Source: Gammaproteobacteria bacterium
Lineage (GTDB): Bacteria; Pseudomonadota; Gammaproteobacteria; SZUA-229
Direction of reading: 5' to 3'
Assembly (NCBI GenBank): GCA_030595325.1
Contig: JAUVDN010000002.1
Coordinates: 705-64,704 of the forward strand
DNA length: 64,000 nucleotides
The notes under the pieces are model-generated. The model saw nothing but the letters and a program-made list of their open reading frames with translations, was not told where the DNA came from and did not search any database. This document shows positions 50,564 through 60,440 of this stretch, piece after piece (position 1 is the first letter of the stretch; each line of letters starts with the position of its first letter). Made by a program: the position numbers and the translations under genes.

Positions 50564-51388
50564 TTAAGAGAATATGTCAAAAAAACGAGAAAACAAGCTA
50601 TTTTTAGCTGGAAATGATTTTATTGGTTTAATGAGTAGGGCAGATATATTGTCTTTTCCGCCATGTTCATTGGCCAATCGAATGATTTCCGTCGCTGCTT
50701 TTTCCAGATCATCATAATTATCAAGCATTGCTGTCTTGATAAGATGATCTTCTATCATATCGGTAACACCATCGGAACATAACAGATAGATATCATCAAC
50801 CATTGCAATATCTTCCTGGATATCGATAACGACGGATGCATCTATACCAATTGCCCGGGTGACCAGGTTTTTATTTAATGAGTTTCTTGCCTGTTCGGGC
50901 GTGTAGAAGCCACGGTCAATCAGCTCCTGCATCAGACTGTGGTCACGTGTCACTTGTTCTAGCTCCATGTCACGCAGACGGTACAACCTTGAGTCGCCAA
51001 CATGTGCAACAGTAAAGCGGTTATCGTAAAACAATGTTACGACGACAGTAGTGCCCATGCCGCGATACTGTGAATTTGCTTCCGAAGAATCGTGTACATT
51101 TTTATTTGCAAGGGTAACGGCTTCGTGAATCAGCAGGCTTTCAACGCTATAACCGGTTTCTTCATCAGTATCCCCGGTTTTAAGCTTTTTGAGTTTTTCA
51201 GAGACGGTATCCAGTACCGTGCTAACGGTAATTGCGCTAGCCATTTCACCGCCACGATGACCACCCATACCGTCAGCGAGAACAGCAAGACCGATACTTT
51301 CCTCACAGCCGATGGCGTCCTCGTTATGATCGCGAACCGAGCCAACGTCTGTTTTCCCGTGCAGAAGTAGTTTTCCTTTTAGACTCAT
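50564..51388 (-). CDS. PP2C-family Ser/Thr protein phosphatase
   Basis: DVGSVRDHNEDA, LADGMGGH, LLCSDGV and GGKDNIS motifs. Confidence 0.9.
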   Translation of the reverse strand: MSLKGKLLLHGKTDVGSVRDHNEDAIGCEESIGLAVLADGMGGHRGGEMASAITVSTVLDTVSEKLKKLKTGDTDEETGYSVESLLIHEAVTLANKNVHDSSEANSQYRGMGTTVVVTLFYDNRFTVAHVGDSRLYRLRDMELEQVTRDHSLMQELIDRGFYTPEQARNSLNKNLVTRAIGIDASVVIDIQEDIAMVDDIYLLCSDGVTDMIEDHLIKTAMLDNYDDLEKAATEIIRLANEHGGKDNISALLIKPIKSFPAKNSLFSRFFDIFS

Positions 51389-51391
51389 GTT

Positions 51392-54079
51392 TTAGCCCTT
51401 GTTTTCTGCTGCCATGATTTTCAGACATTTGTTGATATCTTCAACCATTTCTTTACCGCGCTGGTAACGTTTTTCGACGTCTTTTTCCATTGCGCGATTG
51501 ATGATAACAGTGACGCAGCGTGGTAGCTCAGGATTAATGGTTTCTGGGCTTTGGTGCGCTTCGTTGGCAATTTTGTACATCAATGAGGCCATTGAATCGC
51601 CAGTGAAAGGCAGTTTACCGGTAACCATCTGGTAGAGCATGACACCGAGCGAAAAGATGTCTGACTGACCGGTAACTTTTTGTCCGGCTAATTGTTCTGG
51701 TGACATGTAGGAAGGTGTACCTAAAACCATGCCTGTTTTTGTTTTGCTGGAGTCGGTGATGCGTGCAATACCAAAATCAGTAATTTTACATTCATCGGTT
51801 TCAGGGTCCCACATGATGTTTGCGGGTTTGATATCACGATGAACTACGTTGTTCTGGCTGGCATAATCGATACCATCGGCAGAGCGCTGGATAATAGATA
51901 GCACCTGTTTCAATGGCAGTATGGTATCGGGTTTTATATATTTGCTTAGATCAGTTCCTTTCAGGTATTCCATGGCGATGTAGGCGAGGTCGTGTTCTTC
52001 ACCGGCATCAAAGATAGTAACGATGTTTGGATGATTCAGACGACCAGCAGTTTCAGCTTCACGGAAGAATCGCTCTTTAACCTCGTCCAGTTCGTCATCT
52101 TCAAACTCTTGCGACAAGGCCATGGTTTTGATTGCAACGACACGTGAAATTTTAGGGTCTTTACCCAGATAAACAGCGCCCATGGCGCCTTTACCCAGTT
52201 CGCGTTCCACTTCGTAACGGCCAAGCATTGGTTTTTCAACACCGCCACCTTCTATTATTAGGGTGCCGCCAGGTGAGGAGCCGCCACCACCGCCAAGAAT
52301 AACGGTTTCTTCTAGCGACTGGGCACGGTTAGAGCGCGTCTTGATATCACGGAATTTGTCATCGAACTCAGTCATGCAGTCGTACACTGATTTGGCTTTG
52401 TTGAACTGGCGTTTGCGCTCAAAATCCAGTGCCAAATTATAGAATAATTCCATTACAGATTTATCCATTGGCAGCTTGCGGAATTTTTCAAACGCCATAT
52501 CCAGTTGTCCCTGTCCTTGCAGCGACAGACCCAGCATGCGGTTGCTTTCGGCAGATTCAATATCAAGTCTCGCTTTGCCTTTCTCAGACATAAAGAAGCG
52601 TTTAGTGGTTAATAGTATGTGCCCACCTGCGAGTAGCAGGGCAGGCATCATCAGCTGTAGCCACATGCCTTGCGTAGTCATCATAATGTAGTGAATGATA
52701 AATAAGGCGAATAAAGTGATACCGGTGATAGCAAAACCGACAACAGCATTTAGTTTTGGCAGTAGCAGCATGAGATACAGCGCAACTAAAAGAAAGGCGC
52801 CTATTCGAGCATAAAAGCCCCACTCAGGCTCAACGAAAAAATCTTCGTTAAGAATACTTGAGACGGAATGCGCCAGTGTCACCACGGGTGACATAGTCGG
52901 GTCGATTGGTGTCACAAAAGTATCACCAACACCCAGAGCGGTTGCACCAATCAGGACAATTTTGTCTTTGTACTTATCAGCAGGAATCTTGCCTTGCAGT
53001 ACATCAAAGAATGAGTCGATAGGAAAGGCGCTTTTAAAATCTTCATCGTGGTAGAAGAAGGTGTTCATTAACGAGTAACCATCTGTTTTGATGTTCAGGC
53101 GCCCTAGCTGCACATCTGAACCAACAGTAATCTGAATGTCATTAATGTCCAGATTTAAACCTTTCGCTGCTAACATCAACGCCATTGACGGGTAGAGGTC
53201 ACCATAATAATCGATAATAAGCGGTTCGGTGCGAATGCCGCCATCAACATCGGGCAGTGCGACTAAAGCACCAATAGCATTCGCCTGTTCACCCAGGATA
53301 GCTATCGGCAGGTAAGCATCACTCATCGGTAGCGGCTGGAAACCTTCCGGGTTAGTAATAGAGTTATCTATAATATTGTCTTCGAGTAATCGGTTCTGGG
53401 TTACATAGTCTGGAAATGGATTATCCGGCTCACCAAAAGGTGTGCCTGGTACGTAGGGCATATTGAACACGACATTGCCGGCATTTTGCATGCTCTGGGC
53501 AAGTATATTGTCTGTATCCAGAATGGTCTCAGCTGAGTTTATGTACTCCATGTATGCGGCTAGCTCTTCAGCAACCTGATTGCGTAAGGGAGACGCTTCC
53601 AGTGTGTCAGCAATATTATCAACGGCAGTTTTGCCATTAGCATCACGTTTGTCTTTGACCAGTTCACGGCTGCTTTCAATAACTTCGGCAAGTTCTTCAA
53701 CATAGCCTGGCACGCCAGAGATGCTGCTTTCTTCAAAGGCTTGTCTTAGTTCACGAAGAAAATGCAGGCCGGGATCAAGTTGAGGTTCTGAAAAAAATAC
53801 GGTTTGACCAACGGCTTTGGCGCCACCTTCGGCGAGGATGTCATGCATCTGTGCGTGAATATCACGAGACCAGGGCCAGCGACCTATGTTGGCAATACTT
53901 TGGTCATCGATTGCGATGATGGCTATCTTGTCACTTGCGAATCGATTCGATGATTTGACACCGAAATCGTATGCGTTTCGTTCCATGCTGGCGATAAAGT
54001 CAGAGCCAGAAAGTGTCAGAAAAATAAATGTAATGATAAGACCGGTAAACCAGTCACTTTTTAAAACTCCGCTCTTCAT
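51392..54079 (-). CDS. CHASE2-sensor Ser/Thr protein kinase
   Basis: N-terminal TM followed by CHASE2 (IIAIDDQSIANIGRWPWSR), a TM cluster, a linker with a Gly-rich tract, then a Hanks kinase domain (GKGAMGAVY, VAIKTM, HRDIKPANIM, DFGIA, GTPSYMSPE). Confidence 0.88.
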   Translation of the reverse strand: MKSGVLKSDWFTGLIITFIFLTLSGSDFIASMERNAYDFGVKSSNRFASDKIAIIAIDDQSIANIGRWPWSRDIHAQMHDILAEGGAKAVGQTVFFSEPQLDPGLHFLRELRQAFEESSISGVPGYVEELAEVIESSRELVKDKRDANGKTAVDNIADTLEASPLRNQVAEELAAYMEYINSAETILDTDNILAQSMQNAGNVVFNMPYVPGTPFGEPDNPFPDYVTQNRLLEDNIIDNSITNPEGFQPLPMSDAYLPIAILGEQANAIGALVALPDVDGGIRTEPLIIDYYGDLYPSMALMLAAKGLNLDINDIQITVGSDVQLGRLNIKTDGYSLMNTFFYHDEDFKSAFPIDSFFDVLQGKIPADKYKDKIVLIGATALGVGDTFVTPIDPTMSPVVTLAHSVSSILNEDFFVEPEWGFYARIGAFLLVALYLMLLLPKLNAVVGFAITGITLFALFIIHYIMMTTQGMWLQLMMPALLLAGGHILLTTKRFFMSEKGKARLDIESAESNRMLGLSLQGQGQLDMAFEKFRKLPMDKSVMELFYNLALDFERKRQFNKAKSVYDCMTEFDDKFRDIKTRSNRAQSLEETVILGGGGGSSPGGTLIIEGGGVEKPMLGRYEVERELGKGAMGAVYLGKDPKISRVVAIKTMALSQEFEDDELDEVKERFFREAETAGRLNHPNIVTIFDAGEEHDLAYIAMEYLKGTDLSKYIKPDTILPLKQVLSIIQRSADGIDYASQNNVVHRDIKPANIMWDPETDECKITDFGIARITDSSKTKTGMVLGTPSYMSPEQLAGQKVTGQSDIFSLGVMLYQMVTGKLPFTGDSMASLMYKIANEAHQSPETINPELPRCVTVIINRAMEKDVEKRYQRGKEMVEDINKCLKIMAAENKG

Positions 54080-54290
54080 TATTGAGCCCCTTTGGTTTTA
54101 TTTTTATTGTGTGACCAAGGCAAAAAATGAATTTGACTTGAGCTTATAGTTTTTTGTTTATAGTTATTTAGCAGGAATTTAAACTTGTATATTAATGGGC
54201 TTAAAGTCCGGATAAAATGATTTTAGTCTTTAAAATCACATTACTTATCAATACTAGTAAAAATTAATAATAAAAACAATCAGTTTAGGG

Positions 54291-54343
54291 AAATGAAAAG
54301 CGGTAAGTTCCAAGTTTTATGACAATTACTTGTAACTTACCGC
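54291..54343 (-). terminator. Rho-independent terminator candidate after sppA
   Basis: 10-bp perfect stem gcggtaagtt (54300-54309) / aacttaccgc (54334-54343) with a 24-nt loop. On the minus strand it is followed by CTTTTCATTTC. It lies 45 nt downstream of the sppA stop. Confidence 0.6.
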
Positions 54344-54387
54344 AGTCGATAGAGAGAAGGTGCTGCTTATTTTGGAGGTAGGTTGTC

Positions 54388-55326
54388 CTATCTCGGTGTG
54401 ACAGGAAACAGCTGAGTGCTGATGACTTGCGCAACGGTGGCACCAAGACGTTCAGCAAATCGCTCCAGAATGTCTGCCTTAACGGTGTAGTTGACGATAG
54501 TTTCTTCGCCGATGACTTCACGTGCCACATGACTGGAACTAGCCAGCTCATCGATCAGGCCGATGTTTACGGCGGCTTCACCCGTCCAGATCAAACCGCT
54601 AAACAGACCTTCTACTGAGGTATCCAGCCGTTCACCGCGACCATCTTTGACGGCAGTGATGAACTGCTGATGAATTTCGCCGAGCATGGCTTGCATATGT
54701 TCTTTAGTCTGTTCGTTTTCTGGCAGGAATGGGTCAAGTAATGCTTTGTTTTCACCGGCGGTTAGTGTACGGCGTTCAATACCGAGTTTGTTCATGGCGT
54801 CGACAAAGCCAAAATTATCCATACGTACACCAATAGAGCCAACGATACTAGCTTTGTCAGCGTATATCTTGTCGGCAGCGGAGGCGATGTAATAACCACC
54901 TGATGCGCAGATATCAGTGATGACTGCATACAGCGGTGTATCAGGGTTGTCTTTGCGTAAACGAATAATCTCGTCGTAGATGTAACCAGATTGTACCGGT
55001 GAACCACCCGGGCTATTAATTCTTAAAATAACACCAGCGCTGTTTTCATTTTCAAAAGCTTCGCGCAGTGCGGTAACGATACTGTCTGCACTGGCTTCAG
55101 TTTCATCAGAGATAACACCGTTTAATTCGACCAGTGCGGTGTGTTTTTCATCAAGTTCAATTTGTGTGATGCTGGCACTGCCGTACATATAGATGATGCC
55201 GCCAATGTAGGCGAAAGTTAAAGCTTTAAAAAATATGCCCCAGCGCCGTGCTCGTCGTTGTTCACGTAAGCTGGATTCAGCGAGTTGCGTAACAACTTCT
55301 CTTTCCCAGGAAGTGTTGTCGTTCAT
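54388..55326 (-). CDS. sppA: Signal peptide peptidase SppA, 36K type (S49)
   Basis: N-terminal TM, INSPGGS, ASGGYYIASAADKIYA and GSIGV motifs. Confidence 0.85.
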   Translation of the reverse strand: MNDNTSWEREVVTQLAESSLREQRRARRWGIFFKALTFAYIGGIIYMYGSASITQIELDEKHTALVELNGVISDETEASADSIVTALREAFENENSAGVILRINSPGGSPVQSGYIYDEIIRLRKDNPDTPLYAVITDICASGGYYIASAADKIYADKASIVGSIGVRMDNFGFVDAMNKLGIERRTLTAGENKALLDPFLPENEQTKEHMQAMLGEIHQQFITAVKDGRGERLDTSVEGLFSGLIWTGEAAVNIGLIDELASSSHVAREVIGEETIVNYTVKADILERFAERLGATVAQVISTQLFPVTPR

Positions 55327-55411
55327 AATATTTTCCTACTGTTGGTTACAACTAATATTGTAATGATGTGATTTGAGATATAAAGCTTCTGTCTGTTTGC
55401 TGGTATTGCCG

Positions 55412-56083
55412 TCATGAGTAATTATGACTCAGAAAGGTAGATAATTCCGTGATATCCGTTAAACAGGCTAAAGGTTTGTGTTTGTTTAATGTGGTCTCGT
55501 CATGTACGCCGTGTGTGACGCCGATACTATTGATGTTGGCATTGCTGGCCATTTTCAGGTCATGTTCACTATCGCCGATCATTAGTGTCTGTGAGGCTGA
55601 AAAGTTCAGTTCCTGCAGTATTTCATGCAGCATTTCGGGGTGCGGTTTTGATTTGTTTTCACCGGCGCAGCGAGTGGTGACAAAATGATGCGCCAGATTG
55701 TGCTCATTTATCGACTGCTCTAAACCGGCGCGGCTTTTACCGGTGGATATCGCCAAGGTGTAACCATCTTTGCGTAGCTGGTTTAACAAATCGTTAACAC
55801 CGTTAAATAAAGGTGCGGGTACGGCGTTATCGTACATATAGTGCTGACGGTAAGCGTCAGCAATTTCATTTAATTCACCCAGATTCTGTTTTGCGTCGAG
55901 TTCGGGGTGCAGTTTTCCGATGGCCTCCATCAGGCCAAGGCCGATAACATCTCTTGCCTGTTCTGCACTGAGGTTTATGTCGACAGTTTTTTTGCTGGCA
56001 AATTGTAAGCTGGTCACTATACGCTCGATGGAATCGACCAGTGTGCCGTCCCAGTCGAAGACGAGAAGAGGGAAGTGTTTCAT
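55412..56083 (-). CDS. HAD-superfamily hydrolase (phosphoglycolate-phosphatase-like)
   Basis: Motif I is VFDWDGTLVDS, motif II is ISTGKS, and motif III/IV is MIGDSEHD. Its position between rluC and sppA matches pseudomonads. Confidence 0.75.
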   Translation of the reverse strand: MKHFPLLVFDWDGTLVDSIERIVTSLQFASKKTVDINLSAEQARDVIGLGLMEAIGKLHPELDAKQNLGELNEIADAYRQHYMYDNAVPAPLFNGVNDLLNQLRKDGYTLAISTGKSRAGLEQSINEHNLAHHFVTTRCAGENKSKPHPEMLHEILQELNFSASQTLMIGDSEHDLKMASNANINSIGVTHGVHDETTLNKHKPLACLTDITELSTFLSHNYS

Positions 56084-56136
56084 TATTGCTTCTTTATATA
56101 ATGTAGTGGTTATTTAGTAATAGTTATTTAAAGCGC

Positions 56137-57087
56137 TTATGCGCGCAGTTTTTGTAATAACTGCTCGAGGTCATCACTCAATGGTGCTTGTATTGTAATG
56201 GGGTCTGCCAGCGGTAAATACAACTGCTGGGCATGAAGAAAAAGCCGCTTTAGACCCATATGCCGATATTGCCGGTTTGCTTCTTTGTTGCTGTATTTGC
56301 TGTCGCCCAGAATGCAATGGCCGGCATGTTGCGCGTGAACACGTATCTGATGTGTGCGCCCAGTATCAATGGTAATTTTCATGAGAGTGCAGGGTGTGCA
56401 ATTATCGGGGGTAAAAATTTCTAAAGGTTCAAAATGGCTGATGGCTCTATCGCCTGTTTTATCAGCCTGCATTAGATGCTCGCCGCCACGTTTGATTTTA
56501 GAAATGCCGATATCAATGGTTTTAGTGCCTTGATCCCAGGCGCCATCAACGAGTGCCAGATAGGTTTTTTCCATGTGCACGAGGGTTTCGTGGCGTAACA
56601 TTTCGTGCAATTTAGCCAGTACCTGACGATTTTTAGCTAGCAATAGACAACCGCTGGTTTCACGATCAAGTCGGTGCACCAGCTCCAGTGGTTGCTCAGG
56701 GTCTATCTGTCTAAATGCCTCGATAACACCAAAATTCAGGCCACTGCCTTTATGTACGGCGATACCAGAGGGTTTGTTGATGGCGATAATGTCGTTATTT
56801 TCAAAAATAATGCATTGTTTGAGCATCTGCACAACGGAATCAGGAATCTGGCTATTGCCACTTTCGCTGATGCGTACTGGCGGTATACGCAGGGTATCGC
56901 CTGACTGCAATTTATAATGCTGTTTTATTCTGCCGCTATTAATGCGTACCTGACCACTGCGTAATAAGCGGTAAATGTGACTCTTAGGAACACCTTTTAA
57001 GTGTTTTACTAAAAAATTATCGATACGTTGACCGGCCTGTGCCTCACTTATATTGACTGTGTTGACTTTATTTTTGTCTATTTGCAT
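56137..57087 (-). CDS. rluC: 23S rRNA pseudouridine(955/2504/2580) synthase
   Basis: S4 domain, HRLDRETSGCLLLAK catalytic motif, TGRTHQIRVH motif. Divergent from rne as in E. coli. Confidence 0.88.
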   Translation of the reverse strand: MQIDKNKVNTVNISEAQAGQRIDNFLVKHLKGVPKSHIYRLLRSGQVRINSGRIKQHYKLQSGDTLRIPPVRISESGNSQIPDSVVQMLKQCIIFENNDIIAINKPSGIAVHKGSGLNFGVIEAFRQIDPEQPLELVHRLDRETSGCLLLAKNRQVLAKLHEMLRHETLVHMEKTYLALVDGAWDQGTKTIDIGISKIKRGGEHLMQADKTGDRAISHFEPLEIFTPDNCTPCTLMKITIDTGRTHQIRVHAQHAGHCILGDSKYSNKEANRQYRHMGLKRLFLHAQQLYLPLADPITIQAPLSDDLEQLLQKLRA

Positions 57088-57761
57088 ATATATTTAGTGT
57101 GTAGGTGGGCTGGTATTTAATTTGGTTGTTTTTTTGATTAATTCTGGCTGCTTATCGGCGATAAAAGACAATTGACTTATTTTAGTTGACCAAAGGCTCG
57201 CATTTTGACAGACTTGTAGGGTCAGATGCCAGCAAAGATTATCTTTATAAGCTGTTGCATTTGCTAGGATTTATGCCAGAAAGAAAAATAACAGGCGCAA
57301 ATAAAGGATTATACACTTGATAAACGGTTATCAAGAAAGCGAGCTTTGTAGATTATATCTACATTATCGCCGAAATAGTTACCTCTTGCCTGCATTTTGA
57401 GAGAAGTGCATTATTAAAAAAGGTCACAGGTGAATAATAATTTTATGTGCCTGCTACTGTCGTTTTATTTTATAGAAACGTTGTGGCAGGGATAGATTAA
57501 CCAGTAAGAAATAGACAACAACAAACATTCAATTAATGATTTTCCCACTTTATAACACTGATAAAGCCGTTACTCTGCCAGAGTCAGCATTTTTAGGGCC
57601 ACTGTTTTTAACATGGCTGATGCTGAGTTGTTTCTGTGCATTGCAGTACGCTGGACGCTCTATTACAGGTCGTTCTATAGCAGGCCGTTCGATTAAGAAC
57701 GCTTTGCCTGAAAGCTTTATGGGTGCATTTAATGTGGGACTAAAAACAGGTTTAACTGCAA
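57088..57761 (+). promoter_or_regulatory. rluC/rne divergent control region containing a long putative rne 5' leader
   Basis: 674-nt gap before rne. Perfect palindromes cttgataa-acgg-ttatcaag (57316-57335) and gtagat-tat-atctac (57348-57362). E. coli rne has a long autoregulatory structured 5' UTR. The transcription start is not determined here. Confidence 0.45.
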
Positions 57762-60296
57762 ATGAAAAGAATACTTATCAATGCGGTCCAGAAAGAGGAA
57801 GTACGCGTGGCCATGGTAGATGGTCAGCAACTTTACGATCTGGACGTGGAAGTCCCATCACGGGAACAGAAAAAATCCAACGTTTACAAAGGTAAAATTA
57901 CCCGCGTAGAACCAAGCTTAGAAGCTTGTTTTGTTGATTATGGCGCTGAGCGTCATGGATTTTTACCCTTTAAAGAAGTGTCGCGCATGTACTTCACCGA
58001 GGAAGCGCAACAATCATCCGGTCGCCCCGATATCCGCACCGCCATCAAAGAAGGCCAGGAAATTGTTATCCAGGTTGAAAAAGAGGAGCGTGGCAATAAA
58101 GGTGCTGCATTAACAACATTTATTAGTCTGGCAGGGCGCTACCTAGTGCTTATGCCCAACAACCCGCGTGCTGGCGGTGTCTCCCGTCGTATCGAAGGTG
58201 AAGATCGTAGCCTTATCCGTGAAGCTTTAAGTCAGCTGGAAGTGCCAAATGGCATGGGGTTAATCGTGCGCACTGCAGGTGTAGGCCGTAATTCAGAAGA
58301 ATTACAGTGGGACCTGAATTATCTGTTGCAGCTGTGGACTGCATTTGAAAAAGCCGCCGCTGAGAGACCTTCGCCATTTTTGATCTATCAGGAAAGTGAT
58401 GTAACAACCCGTGCCTTAAGGGATTATTTTAGAAGTGATATAACAGAAGTGCTAATCGATTCAAAAGATGTCTATGATTCAGCAATCGACTTCGTTTCAC
58501 AGGTTATGCCGAACAGCATACAAAAAATAAAATACTATGATGATACGGTTCCATTATTTAACCGTTTTCAGGTGGAGAATCAGATTGAGTCGGCGTATCG
58601 CCGCGAAGTGACGCTACCTTCGGGTGGTGCAATCGTTATCGATCACACGGAAGCCTTAATCTCTATCGATATTAACTCGGCGCGAGCAACAAAAGGCAGT
58701 GATATCGAAGAGACAGCAACCAATACTAATCTGGAAGCGGCCGATGAAGTGGCGCGCCAGCTACGCTTGCGTGACCTAGGTGGTTTGGTGGTGATTGATT
58801 TCATCGATATGATGAATAATCGCAATCAGCGTGCTGTTGAAAATAGACTCAATGAAGCGGTGCAAAATGACCGTGCTCGGGTACAGGTAGGTCGTATTTC
58901 ACGATTCGGTCTGCTTGAGATGTCACGCCAGCGTCTAAAACCTTCTCTAGGTGAGTCAACACAGATAGTTTGTCCCCGTTGTACCGGGCAAGGAACGATA
59001 CGTACCGTTGAATCATTATCACTGTCTCTGGTACGTATACTGGAAGAAGAGGCATTGAAAGCAGGAACTGCACGTGTAGATATTCAAGTACCTATTGATG
59101 TCGCGACCTATATGCTGAACGAGAAACGTAAAGTAATTCATGATATTGAAAAGCTAAGCGGTGTTCATGTTTTGATTGTGGCTAACCCGACATTGGAAAC
59201 GCCGCAATACAAGGTTGATCGTGTTCGTAAGGCTGATTACGATGAAAATGACGAAACTGCCAGCTACCAACGTGCTGACATTGATAGTGAATACAATGTC
59301 GATGTAACACAGGAAAAACCCATACAGTTAGAAAAAGCGGCGGTATCATCAATATCGCCGGGCAAGCGTCCTGCAGCAAAACCTGCAGCAAAACCTGCAG
59401 CAAAATCAGCAGCAAAATCAGCAGCAAAATCAGCAGAAGTTGCTGCAGAGAAAACCGCTAGTAAAGGTTTGTTTAGCAAGATCGTTTCTATGTTCAGCAG
59501 TGAAGAAGAGGTCGAAGAGGAGAAGCCTGCAACAAAACAAAGTGCAGGTAGAAGTCGTAACCAGCGCTCTGGTCAGCGAAATAACCAGAATCGTAACCGT
59601 AATCGCAATCGAAATCGTAACCGCAAACCAGCAAATAAATCCGACAATAAGCAGGAAGAAGCTGGACGTAACAACGCGAAATCGGCAGGTAATAAGCCGC
59701 AAGCTAACAAGTCAGCCAGTAAGTCATCAAACCAGCCATCAAGCAAGAGCAAGCAGGCTGACGAGGCAACTGAACAGTCGAAGGAAGGTGCTAAGTCGGG
59801 TAATCAGCAGAACCGTAATCGCAACCGTAACCGCAATAGAAATCGCACAAAGGATAATGAGCGTAAAGACGGGCAGGCTGGCGAGCAGAAAAATGATGCT
59901 GGTACGCAGCAAAATGTAAGTGCCCAGGACCCTACAAACAAGGACTCTACAAACCAGGGCTCTACCAATCAGGGCTCTGCTAATAAGGAATCTGCTAATA
60001 AGGGTTCGTCGAATAAAGACTCTGCTGATAAAGCGCCCGTTAATAAGGCGCCTGTTAGCAAACCAGCAGCACAGTCTAAACCACAAGAGAGTAAATCTAC
60101 GCGCTCTGATAATACGAGCTCAGATAATGCCAGTTCAGGGGTAAAGAAAGCGCCTGTTGCCAGTAAACCGGCCGAAAGCAAGCCGGCTGAAAGCCAATCA
60201 GCTGAGAGAAAACCAGCGCCAAAAGAGAAATCCTCAGCGGATGTTCAGCCACAATCAAATGAAAATAGACCGGCCACTTCTGTTATCGATAAGTAG
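57762..60296 (+). CDS. rne: Ribonuclease E
   Basis: [31 protein letters not shown]1 domain, DNase I-like and Zn-link (CPRCTGQG) regions. The C-terminal half is a low-complexity scaffold. Confidence 0.93.
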   Translation: MKRILINAVQKEEVRVAMVDGQQLYDLDVEVPSREQKKSNVYKGKITRVEPSLEACFVDYGAERHGFLPFKEVSRMYFTEEAQQSSGRPDIRTAIKEGQEIVIQVEKEERGNKGAALTTFISLAGRYLVLMPNNPRAGGVSRRIEGEDRSLIREALSQLEVPNGMGLIVRTAGVGRNSEELQWDLNYLLQLWTAFEKAAAERPSPFLIYQESDVTTRALRDYFRSDITEVLIDSKDVYDSAIDFVSQVMPNSIQKIKYYDDTVPLFNRFQVENQIESAYRREVTLPSGGAIVIDHTEALISIDINSARATKGSDIEETATNTNLEAADEVARQLRLRDLGGLVVIDFIDMMNNRNQRAVENRLNEAVQNDRARVQVGRISRFGLLEMSRQRLKPSLGESTQIVCPRCTGQGTIRTVESLSLSLVRILEEEALKAGTARVDIQVPIDVATYMLNEKRKVIHDIEKLSGVHVLIVANPTLETPQYKVDRVRKADYDENDETASYQRADIDSEYNVDVTQEKPIQLEKAAVSSISPGKRPAAKPAAKPAAKSAAKSAAKSAEVAAEKTASKGLFSKIVSMFSSEEEVEEEKPATKQSAGRSRNQRSGQRNNQNRNRNRNRNRNRKPANKSDNKQEEAGRNNAKSAGNKPQANKSASKSSNQPSSKSKQADEATEQSKEGAKSGNQQNRNRNRNRNRNRTKDNERKDGQAGEQKNDAGTQQNVSAQDPTNKDSTNQGSTNQGSANKESANKGSSNKDSADKAPVNKAPVSKPAAQSKPQESKSTRSDNTSSDNASSGVKKAPVASKPAESKPAESQSAERKPAPKEKSSADVQPQSNENRPATSVIDK
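59373..59432 (+). repeat. In-frame 12-nt tandem repeat x5 inside rne, encoding (AAKP)2(AAKS)3
   Basis: gcagcaaaacct x2 followed by gcagcaaaatca x3, contiguous. Confidence 0.9.
59928..60062 (+). repeat. In-frame 15-nt tandem repeat x9 inside rne (pentapeptide units)
   Basis: Units encode [46 protein letters not shown] further 15-nt series ([15 protein letters not shown]) begins at 60165. Confidence 0.88.
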
Positions 60297-60440
60297 CTTG
60301 TCGTAATCCAGTAATTAAAGCATTCTTTAGCGTTATCAGTGAGTTGTTGATATACAGTGATACCGCTAGTTTGCTATGATTGCGCCAATTTCCACATTAA
60401 TACACACCTTTTACAGGGTGTTGCTTGACCAGGAGTTTGA

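Noticed and set aside
57536-57895. 119-aa ORF overlapping the rne start
   Set aside because: It contains repetitive GRSI units derived from a nucleotide near-repeat. It overlaps the conserved rne N-terminus in another frame and has no SD sequence.
59182-60181. Multiple ORFs in both strands within the rne 3' half (e.g. 59440..59919, 59739..60086)
   Set aside because: They are products of the in-frame tandem repeats keeping alternative frames open. The RNase E frame is continuous from the catalytic domain.
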